Positions 11,328 through 19,269 of a DNA stretch of 64,000 nucleotides are shown one piece after another. How positions within the stretch are numbered: the first letter of the stretch is position 1; every line of letters starts with the position of its first letter. Location: contig JAWOCD010000090.1 in assembly GCA_046483985.1 (NCBI GenBank), positions 32,001 through 96,000 on the forward strand, given 5' to 3'. The translations under genes were made by a program, and so were the position numbers. Below the pieces are notes generated by a model, which was not told the DNA's origin, made no database searches, and saw nothing but the letters and a program-made list of their open reading frames with translations. The DNA comes from Promethearchaeia archaeon (GTDB lineage: Archaea; Asgardarchaeota; Lokiarchaeia; Sigyniarchaeales; SOKP01).

Positions 11328-12293
11328 TTACTTGTCTCCTTTTTCTTTCTGTTCCTTTTTTTTCTCACCAGAGCGTAAATACTTATTCACGTTGATACCC
11401 GCTCTCGCGCCTTCCGCTACTGCGAATACAACTTGGAATAATCCGCCAGTTACGTCTCCGGCGGCATACACTCCTTGAATATTGGTTTCTTGTTCTTTAT
11501 TCACTTTAATATTCTGATTTTCGTCCAATAAAATTCCTCCGTTTTTAAAAATCTTGTTAGACGGGACATGAGAAAAAATGAACAAGGCATCCAAATCAAC
11601 CTCATTTTTTTCTTCCGTATTTACATTTTTTGTAACAATTTTTTCGAGCGTATCCTCTTCATTAGAGACAGTCTCCACGATTTCAGTATTATCGATTATC
11701 GGAATGTTCTCTTCTATTAATTCTTCCTTCTTTTCAGGTAATTCCTCAACAGATTGTTGTGTTATAACATTTACATGGCATCCCATTTGGTTAAGAACTA
11801 GCGCATCTTCTAGGAGTTCGTTATCATCTCCGTATAAAAATACATCTTTCTCCTTGTACAAGGGTCCATCGCAGAGCGCACAGTAAGAAACGCCGTATCC
11901 CACTAAATTACTTTCTCCTTTTATTAGTTCCTTGCGTTGTCCCATACCCGTTGCGATAATTAATGCGTCCGCTGTAATATTGGTAGAGCGTGTGGAGACC
12001 ATATTCTTACCTAACCCCGTCATGAGGGAGATTACATCGCCTTCCATAATGTTTACAGAATCATAACTTTCAGCATGTGCTAAAAATTTATTCAGTAATA
12101 CCTCTCCCCCGATATCTGGTTCTCCGGGCCAATTGCTAATTTCTTTTGCTCGGACTAAGCTTGATTTTTGTTTTCCTTGTAATACAAGGGTATCTCGATT
12201 GGCTCGTCCGCAATAAATGGCAGCGGTTAAACCCGCTGGCCCTGCGCCGATGATTAGTACTTCACATTTATATTCTTCCATTTCAATAACCAT
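11328..12293 (-). CDS. trxB: Thioredoxin reductase family flavoprotein with atypical nicotinamide site
   Basis: IIGAGPAGLTAA, GVSYCALCDG, TNIQGVYAAGDVTG. Confidence 0.88.
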   Translation of the reverse strand: MVIEMEEYKCEVLIIGAGPAGLTAAIYCGRANRDTLVLQGKQKSSLVRAKEISNWPGEPDIGGEVLLNKFLAHAESYDSVNIMEGDVISLMTGLGKNMVSTRSTNITADALIIATGMGQRKELIKGESNLVGYGVSYCALCDGPLYKEKDVFLYGDDNELLEDALVLNQMGCHVNVITQQSVEELPEKKEELIEENIPIIDNTEIVETVSNEEDTLEKIVTKNVNTEEKNEVDLDALFIFSHVPSNKIFKNGGILLDENQNIKVNKEQETNIQGVYAAGDVTGGLFQVVFAVAEGARAGINVNKYLRSGEKKKEQKEKGDK

Positions 12294-12582
12294 AATTTTG
12301 AGTCTGTATTATTAATTCTTTTTTTCTCAGAAATTAAAAGAGTTACATGAATATGTGCTTTTTCTTGCATGAGTTAAAATTAACATTAGTCAAATTCCTA
12401 TGTTGAAATTATTCAATTATCCTATTTAGGTTTTTACAAATTAGAATAGATATTATCATCTTCAAAAAATCGTACAACATATTATATGTTTCGGATAATA
12501 GAAGATTATATTATCTTTTACAAAATATCGAAATAGATAACATCTGCGTAATATAACTTAACTTGCTACGGAAAGAAAATAA

Positions 12583-12782
12583 TTGAAGCCTCCCCCAAAG
12601 GAAGGGGATTCCTCAGTCCACTAACCTCTCGCTGATGGCTACATCTTAGGCCTGTGTGTCGTGAAAAACTCTCTCCAGCTATCCAGAAAGGATCCCTCTT
12701 TCAAAGAGAGTTGATGCGAGAAACCAGCAGACGTAAGAAACTTGACCAAGATGTTAACGGCTGAATTCAAGTCCCGGACTTC
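12583..12782 (-). mobile_element. 3' remnant of a tnpB element (RuvC-III fragment, omegaRNA region, right end)
   Basis: Minus frame EVRDLNSAVNILVKFL (12747-12776) matches the TnpB DRDxNAAxNI motif; ends in a decayed hairpin gaatccccttcctttgggggaggct followed by TCAA. Confidence 0.75.
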
Positions 12783-12845
12783 CTTCGCTCTAAATTAAAA
12801 AAAGAAAAAGTTCATTAGTGTTCCTTCTGGAAAGCTAAACTGATC

Positions 12846-14048
12846 TTAGACCAAGTGGTTTGTCGTTTTTTTCCGTGTTGTCAGCAAGATCGCGGAGATA
12901 ACAAGTATTGAGCTATGTATCATCAAAATATTATAACCAGAAATTTCGAAGCCGTTTTCTCCATTCTCATCTTCCTCTTTTTTTTCACAGACATTATCGT
13001 CAATATCATTTCCTTCGCATAAATCTTCTTCAATACATCCGTCTTCATTGTATCTTAAAGTATTCCCAGTAACTGTATTGTAATTACTATACAGCGTCAA
13101 AGATATCCCGTATCCCGTATTCTCGTTTGCGGTATTATCCGTAATTGTATTGTCGCTACTATTTCCCAATAAGATCCCGTCTCCTTCATTCTTATTCACG
13201 GTATTATCCGTAATTGTATTGTTGTCACACTCTCCCAAGAAGATCCCATCTGCTGTATTCTCATTCGCGGTATTCTTATTTAAGTTATTATTATGGGATT
13301 CGGCAAATATAAATCCATTAGTATTGTTATTAGCAGTATTCTCCGTTAACTCATTATTCTCGGATTTCGAAAGGGAAAAACCCCATTCACCATTATTCGT
13401 TGCTGTATTGTCATCTAATACATTATCGGTCGATTTTTCGATGCTGAACCCTACACCCTCATTATCGCTAAGGAACTCATTATTATCATCAGCGATATTA
13501 CTCCTCAAGGTATTATTCGTGGAATTCGTAACCATAAAACCGCCAGCGTTTTCCTCAGCGAAGTTACCCGTTAAATTGTTGTTCTCGGAATCCTCAACCC
13601 GGAATCCAAAACCATTCTCATTGGCATTATTGTTTCTCAATTCTCCGTTTGTTACATTATCTAAATGAAATCCACTAACCTCCGATGAAACCACAGAGGT
13701 CACGGTCACATTTTCGATCACGAAATAGTCGTCCGTGTGCTCTATTTTAATTCCGTAGTCTCCAGATGACGCATTAATTCTTAAATCGCTAATAAAATAG
13801 GGATCACCAGCAGTCCCACTTCCATTCGTCCACTCGCTAAAATTACCCTTGATATGAATTGGGTCGTCATTAAAATCCTCTGCTGCCGTCATTAAATCTC
13901 CGTTTGTAACGGTTCTGGTATCCGCCCTCGTTTTCAAATTATCGGAGCTGTTGGACACATTCAAAAGTAATAAGGATCCTCCAAATAACAGGCATATTAC
14001 CAACGCGGCTAATGTTAAAGTAGAGAGAAACGTTCTCTTCTTATTCAT
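12846..14048 (-). CDS. Surface parallel beta-helix (NosD/CASH-like) protein with Loki-CTERM-type anchor
   Basis: Signal/TM N-terminus, GSGTAGDPY, many GFxLxxSxNNxLxxNTANxN repeats, C-terminal ISGYN + TM + RKK. Confidence 0.85.
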   Translation of the reverse strand: MNKKRTFLSTLTLAALVICLLFGGSLLLLNVSNSSDNLKTRADTRTVTNGDLMTAAEDFNDDPIHIKGNFSEWTNGSGTAGDPYFISDLRINASSGDYGIKIEHTDDYFVIENVTVTSVVSSEVSGFHLDNVTNGELRNNNANENGFGFRVEDSENNNLTGNFAEENAGGFMVTNSTNNTLRSNIADDNNEFLSDNEGVGFSIEKSTDNVLDDNTATNNGEWGFSLSKSENNELTENTANNNTNGFIFAESHNNNLNKNTANENTADGIFLGECDNNTITDNTVNKNEGDGILLGNSSDNTITDNTANENTGYGISLTLYSNYNTVTGNTLRYNEDGCIEEDLCEGNDIDDNVCEKKEEDENGENGFEISGYNILMIHSSILVISAILLTTRKKTTNHLV

Positions 14049-14389
14049 TTTTTTACATATTGTTAAATTTTTAAATTGTTATTAGATAAATTTGTCTACT
14101 ATAATTTTTGTTATCCCTTAAACTTTTCAAATCATATAATCTGTTGATCTTCATATTTGAGCATATTTAATTACCCTAAAGGCTTCTTATAATAAAGATC
14201 CTTTAGAGAGGTCTATGATTGAACAGAGAATTTTTAAAAAATTTTTGTGATCTAGAAACGTCTAATCGATTCCTTGCCTTGAGACATCAAAAAATATTCT
14301 TTGTCTTTTTTCTCTCTAACCAAAACATTTTTCAATTAAGAATGCGAATAGGCTCTTTCTTAACCCATAAAATGGTAAAGATAATTAGC

Positions 14390-14467
14390 ATGGATTAGCC
14401 ATCGGTGGTAGTAATTGCGTAGCAGTTGCGAATGAGAAGCCACTGCTTTTAAGCGGCGGTAGTTTAC
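14390..14467 (+). mobile_element. Orphan IS200/IS605 (TnpB) right-end remnant
   Basis: gaagccactgcttttaagcggcggtagtttac resembles the GAAGCC-hairpin-GTAGTTCAC right end. The 5' boundary is approximate. Confidence 0.6.
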
Positions 14468-14742
14468 TGTTCTTTTGATTTCTCAGAATCAAAAAACAAG
14501 CATTTTTTCATGTTAAATTCGATATCTCTTAATTTTCGCTTTATCTCTGTAGGGTTGTAATCCTTTTCAAGGAGATCTATGATCCCGTCTTTTAATCCTT
14601 CCAAATTATCCAAAGCGCATTTATACATGATATCTTCTTCCTCGAATTTCATAGTAAGGATTTCGTAAATCCCGTTTAAACCATCTCTGATGCGCTCATA
14701 ATACTCCCAAGCCTTTTCCATATCTTCAGACATTATTTCCAT
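14464..14742 (-). CDS. Hypothetical helical protein
   Basis: 92-aa ORF with host-like composition. Confidence 0.7.
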   Translation of the reverse strand: MEIMSEDMEKAWEYYERIRDGLNGIYEILTMKFEEEDIMYKCALDNLEGLKDGIIDLLEKDYNPTEIKRKLRDIEFNMKKCLFFDSEKSKEQ

Positions 14743-15100
14743 TTAAATAAAGCCGATAATAATATTTATTTATTTCCATAATGACTCATTAATATTTTTG
14801 AGTTTTTCCTTATGAAATTCGATTTAAAACAATATTTTTTACGAATTTTTGGAAATTTTTTATGATATGATATTATCCTCATATATAGAAACCTTCGTAA
14901 AACATAGATTTCACGATCTTTCGTATATTCTACGATAATACCCGCATCTTATATATTCTTCCTGACTATACATCAATGGAAAAAATATGATATTCCAAGA
15001 TCCACGTTCTCTTAGATATATATAAGGTAAAAGTATGATGATATAAGGAAAAAACTGAGAGTAAATCTGGTTTGTAATTAAAAAACAAAAAGAAGAGCGT

Positions 15101-15427
15101 TCAGTGATTAAAATATTTTTTAGACTTCTCAATTTCTGCAAGGATCTCTTCTTTTGGTTGGTCCGGAGGATGAATATTTTCTTTTTGAACATATTCCATC
15201 ATTTCGTATAATGATACTTTTGCTTGTGAAGCTGCTTCTTGTAAGCTTACCACTCCCTTTTTGTATAATTTGGCCATCTGTTTTATATCGTACTCTTTCA
15301 ATTTCTGTAAAATAAATTTTCTTACAAGCGCAGCCCGATCAAGACTTTCTTTTTCTGCTATCTTTTCTAATTTTTCTGCATCTGCCTCATCTAATCTTGT
15401 ACTTATTGTTTTACCCATTTTTATCAC
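15101..15427 (-). CDS. Antitoxin, RHH + UPF0175-like
   Basis: TISTRL...LEKIAEKESLDRAALVR (RHH), then LYKKGVVSLQEAASQAKVSLYEM. Confidence 0.8.
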   Translation of the reverse strand: MIKMGKTISTRLDEADAEKLEKIAEKESLDRAALVRKFILQKLKEYDIKQMAKLYKKGVVSLQEAASQAKVSLYEMMEYVQKENIHPPDQPKEEILAEIEKSKKYFNH

Positions 15428-15917
15428 TTCTTTTTGAAATTAATTCTAAAAAGACCGAGATTCTATTAGCTGAAGTACCATTAACTTGCTTTAATTCATC
15501 TAAGATGCGAATGAATCTTTTCTTCTTAATATTGTTCAGTAAAAATTGGTTATAAAAAAACGTATCCAATTCCATGAAGGCAATATTTTGATTTTCAAAT
15601 TTTCTATTTGCTCTTACATCTGAACTAATACACATTCCTTCCTTTTTTGCCAATATATAACAGCTTGTTTCACCGGGATCTCTAAACTTATCTAAACTTG
15701 ATGTTATATCTATGGGGATTATCGGTATTTGATTGTTTTCAATTAAAGTCTTGGCAGTATAAGCATCGGGATAATTATTTTCAATACCGTCCTCAACAAC
15801 TTCTTTGTATACATTATTATCAATAACTACATCTTGATTTATTAGTTCCATAAAAAGTGGGAATATGTCCGTTTTTACCAAGTAAATAAGAGCATTTGCA
15901 TCTAATATGAATCTCAT
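15411..15917 (-). CDS. PIN-domain (VapC/DUF3368-like) toxin
   Basis: FILDANALIYL, VYKEVV, DPGETSC, ISSD; overlaps the antitoxin start. Confidence 0.82.
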   Translation of the reverse strand: MRFILDANALIYLVKTDIFPLFMELINQDVVIDNNVYKEVVEDGIENNYPDAYTAKTLIENNQIPIIPIDITSSLDKFRDPGETSCYILAKKEGMCISSDVRANRKFENQNIAFMELDTFFYNQFLLNNIKKKRFIRILDELKQVNGTSANRISVFLELISKRSDKNG

Positions 15918-15924
15918 CTAATGG

Positions 15925-15965
15925 TTATATACAAATGATCTTTTATAAATTTAACTTGTATACAA
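15925..15965. promoter_or_regulatory. Two TTRTATACAA boxes, candidate TA operator
   Basis: ttatatacaa at 15925-15934 and the perfect palindrome ttgtatacaa at 15956-15965, just upstream of the PIN gene. Confidence 0.45.
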
Positions 15966-15974
15966 ATAAAAGTT

Positions 15975-16028
15975 TTTAACGATCTGCCAAAGAATTCCCC
16001 ATCCCTTTAGGTTGGGGTGAATTTCGTA
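15975..16028 (+). mobile_element. IS200/IS605-type end hairpin (family A, fullest copy)
   Basis: tttaacgatctgccaaagaatt + imperfect hairpin ccccatcc-cttta-ggttgggg + tgaatttcgta. Confidence 0.6.
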
Positions 16029-16133
16029 TATTATACAAACATTTTTATATTTGGGTCGCTCATTTTTAAATTCTTAACCATTTATAATTATGTAAAATAT
16101 GTAAAATAAGAAAAAAAAAGGAGTATTAACAGA

Positions 16134-17180
16134 ATGAGCCAATATACCAATAAAATAATGGACATAAAGGATGCGGTCAAGAAATTTGTGAAAGCCGGCG
16201 AAATGCTGGTCACATGTAATTTCTTACACGGAAATCCTTATGCTATAGTCCATGAAATTATTCGACGGGGTGTAAAAGACCTTACGGTAACTTCTTGTTC
16301 TTCCATTGAGGAAATGGACTTACTACTTTCGGGGGGTTGTCTCTCCAAGATCATTACCTCCTACTATCATCGCGCGGGAGGGAGAAGATATAAGCGGGAA
16401 TTAGATAGAACTCTTTATGAGGATGAAATTGAAATTGAAGACTATTCCAACTTTACTATGGTTTCGATGTTTATGGCGGGAGCGTTGGGCTACGATTTCA
16501 TGCCAGTGATGAAATCTGTCAAACATTCAGATATTTATAAAGTAAGGACCTTCCGTAACGAGAAGAAAATGAAGACGATTAAAAGTCCATTCACCGGAGA
16601 AGAAACAGTGGTGGTTCCGGCCTTAAATCCGGACGTGGCAATTGTCCATGTACAAAGGGCAGATAAATACGGGAATGCCCAATACTGGGGGAGCGAAGGG
16701 ACGTTAAAATGGTCAGCACTTTCTGCTAAGAAGATCATTGTGTCATGCGAAGAGATCGTTTCCCACGAAAAGATCAAACGATCTCCCTTTCTCACGGTAA
16801 TTCCGGCTTTTAGAACCAGTGCGGTCTGTGAAATTCCGTGGGGTGGGCATCCGAGTCCCATGGCGGGTTATTATAACACAGACATCACATTTCGCTCACT
16901 CTATTTTGGACAAGCCCTGTCGGGCATTGCAAATGAGAAGTGGCTCGAGGAATGGGTTTATGAACGCGAAGATAGAGAAGATTACATTGATCATTATATC
17001 CAGCGATTCGGCAAAGAACCGCTTAATGTCCTAAAAGTTAATGAATTTATGTCAGATCAAATCAATATGGGCTATAAGAAAAAATATTGGCAAGACGGGT
17101 TCTGTCATAAAATCGGACAGACCAGAGAATCCTATAAAGAGAAAACAGAAGAAAAGGGGGAGTTGGAAATACCAGAATGA
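16134..17180 (+). CDS. Family I CoA-transferase subunit A (glutaconate CoA-transferase-like)
   Basis: EIIRRGVKDLT, SPFTGEETVVVPALNPDVAIVHVQRADKYGNAQ, PWGGHPS. Confidence 0.9.
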   Translation: MSQYTNKIMDIKDAVKKFVKAGEMLVTCNFLHGNPYAIVHEIIRRGVKDLTVTSCSSIEEMDLLLSGGCLSKIITSYYHRAGGRRYKRELDRTLYEDEIEIEDYSNFTMVSMFMAGALGYDFMPVMKSVKHSDIYKVRTFRNEKKMKTIKSPFTGEETVVVPALNPDVAIVHVQRADKYGNAQYWGSEGTLKWSALSAKKIIVSCEEIVSHEKIKRSPFLTVIPAFRTSAVCEIPWGGHPSPMAGYYNTDITFRSLYFGQALSGIANEKWLEEWVYEREDREDYIDHYIQRFGKEPLNVLKVNEFMSDQINMGYKKKYWQDGFCHKIGQTRESYKEKTEEKGELEIPE

Positions 17181-18019
17181 AGTATAGAAGAGTAGAGCTT
17201 TTAGCGCTCACGGCAAGTAAAGAAATTAAGGATGAGGAAATTTGTATCATCGGACAAGGAATCCCGATGGCGGCGGGTGCCCTTGCAAAGAAGTACCATG
17301 CCCCGAATGCCACCATATTAACGGAAGCGGGGATGGTAGACATCGATATCTTTCAAAATTTAGAAGATATTGCCGATCCAGGCAGTACCAAGGGGTTTTC
17401 CTACAGTATAGACTTGTTTGAGGTATTTACCACTATTGTAAACAGAGGGTTTGCTGACGTCTGCATGTTGGGCGCCGCTCAACTGGATAAATACGGAAAT
17501 ATTAACAGTACAGTGGTGGGAGATTACAATATTACCTCCCGGCGAGATATTCGTCTTGCGGGTTCTGGCGGTGCCAATGAGTTTGCTGGTCATTGTAACC
17601 GTACCGTGATTACGAAAGTGGGAGGAAAATTTGTGGAGGAATTGGATTATATGACCTCTCCAGGCTGGTTAACGGGCGGCAATGCTCGAGGAGAGGCCGG
17701 ACTACCAGGGGGGCCATCGTCAGTGATTACAAAGCAAGGCGTCTTCCGGTTTGAAGATGATTCCAAAGAGATGTATTTGGATGCCCTTTATCCGGATACG
17801 AGCGTCGTTGATGTTAAAAAAAAGGTTCCGTGGGAGCTAAAGACGGCAGAGGATCTTGGAAAGGAGATTCAAAAGATACCTCATCCTAAAAAGGACGATC
17901 TTCAATTTATTAGGGAGTTTGAACCGTTCCTTGGGATTGGCGGTCATAATGGTCGGCTATATCAAGCACAAGTCCTTCCGGTCTATTATGAACGCGGTGA
18001 ATCGGTAGACCACTCTTAA
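17177..18019 (+). CDS. Family I CoA-transferase subunit B
   Basis: GQGIP, TEAG (catalytic Glu position), GAAQLDKYGNINST, RLAGSGGAN; ATGA overlap with subunit A. Confidence 0.9.
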   Translation: MKYRRVELLALTASKEIKDEEICIIGQGIPMAAGALAKKYHAPNATILTEAGMVDIDIFQNLEDIADPGSTKGFSYSIDLFEVFTTIVNRGFADVCMLGAAQLDKYGNINSTVVGDYNITSRRDIRLAGSGGANEFAGHCNRTVITKVGGKFVEELDYMTSPGWLTGGNARGEAGLPGGPSSVITKQGVFRFEDDSKEMYLDALYPDTSVVDVKKKVPWELKTAEDLGKEIQKIPHPKKDDLQFIREFEPFLGIGGHNGRLYQAQVLPVYYERGESVDHS

Positions 18020-18054
18020 TAACATCAATTTTTTCTCTTTTCTTTTAATTTTAC

Positions 18055-18148
18055 CACTAGAGTGCGAGAAAGCACCGTCCTTTAGGATGTTAGGTCAGCA
18101 ATTCTCGATGAATTACGAATCTCACGCCTTTAGGCTTGAGTAGTTCAA
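18055..18148 (+). mobile_element. Miniature non-autonomous IS200/IS605 derivative (left end + right end, about 94 bp)
   Basis: Follows TTAC; first 32 nt match 29424-29455 at 31/32; ends gaatctcacgcctttaggcttgagtagtTCAA. Confidence 0.7.
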
Positions 18149-18197
18149 AAGCACAAACTATATTTTTTTTATCAAATTTTTCTATATGTGAGAATTA

Positions 18198-18356
18198 ATG
18201 GTTAAGAAGGCTCAAAAAGAAAATGATCAAGAAAAAGAAGAGGATGATGTTGAGCAGAAATTGGATGTTTTATGGGAAAACTGGACATCTCGGAGGCGTT
18301 GCGAAAGAACTCACATTCCAGAATTCGTAAGAAATAAGAATAAAGAAAACAAATAA
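18198..18356 (+). CDS. Possible 52-aa protein
   Basis: MVKKAQKENDQEKEEDDVEQKLDVLWENWTSRRRCERTHIPEFVRNKNKENK; host-like codon usage, below the ORF-track cutoff. Confidence 0.4.
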   Translation: MVKKAQKENDQEKEEDDVEQKLDVLWENWTSRRRCERTHIPEFVRNKNKENK

Positions 18357-18629
18357 AGAAAACTACTCCGTGACTTGAGATATTAATTTGTCGGACTTTT
18401 GATTTTAAAAAAATGTATCTTATGATCTTCGGTTTTTGAAAATACATATTATTCTTTTCAATTTTTAGAAAGTCATAATATATCGTTTAATTTGTGGAAT
18501 GATATATTATCTTGAGAGAATCACGTTCTAATTTAAGAAAAATATGTTATGTTATTCTATTGTTCGAAAAAGTCAGTATAAAAGAAATAAAAATATTTTT
18601 TTTAAAAATAAGAGCCTATTTTTCATATA

Positions 18630-18870
18630 AAATGAACTGAAGTTGCCTTGAACGTCAGTTAGACTTCTGTTCCAACTTCTATACTCAAGATCAGAAAGAG
18701 ATGCTTCTGTAATTGTTGCAACCACATCTTCTCCTGTATCTAGGACTTTTAAATTAACCGTTGCTCCCCGGTGAAAGATTTCTTCTATCTCTCCGTGCAT
18801 CGTATTTCTTCCGCTTGATTTTAAGGGTTCTTTTGACACGATAATATCTGTCTCAGATTTATCGAAAGCC
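18630..18870 (-). pseudogene. TOBE-domain remnant of a molybdate/tungstate ABC ATPase or ModE-like gene
   Basis: DIIVSKEPLKSSGRNTMHGEIEEI...VATITEASLSDL, then a frameshift to EVGTEV*LTFKATS. Confidence 0.7.
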
Positions 18871-19148
18871 GTAATATGATCTTCGAATAATCTTAAGCCG
18901 TATCATTCTCTTCTATTTTTCAAAAAAGATATTATAAAGATTCAGGAAGGAAATCCACATTAACCTTAATATTTTAGTCCCTCTCTTAAAGTTTATTCGG
19001 AAATAACCGTAAGTAAGGATTCTTATTCGGTTTTACCCTGTATTTTCGAATGATTTTTGCTTTTTCCTAAAAAAGGCATAAATTCTCTTAAAATTTCTTA
19101 AAAATAAGTAGGAGGATGCGATGATTCTAATAAATCTTCAATATCTTT

Positions 19149-19164
19149 TGTAGGATTTCCTACA
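19149..19164. promoter_or_regulatory. 7-2-7 inverted repeat upstream of hppA
   Basis: tgtagga-tt-tcctaca, about 105 nt before the ATG. Confidence 0.35.
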
Positions 19165-19269
19165 TGCGCTTTTATTAGTCTTTTTCTAAATAAATCAATA
19201 AGCTTTAAAAGAATTAGGAAATAATAAAAAATGTAATTATAATTTAATTTAAAAAAAGAGATTTTAAAA

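Noticed and set aside
12488-12516. dif-like site gtttcggataa-tagaaga-ttatattatct near xerA
   Set aside because: 7-nt spacer and weak arm symmetry; plausible by chance in AT-rich DNA.
13080-13680. Nucleotide repeats in the beta-helix gene as a CRISPR or DGR
   Set aside because: In-frame coding repeats; no spacer pattern, cas genes or reverse transcriptase in the window.
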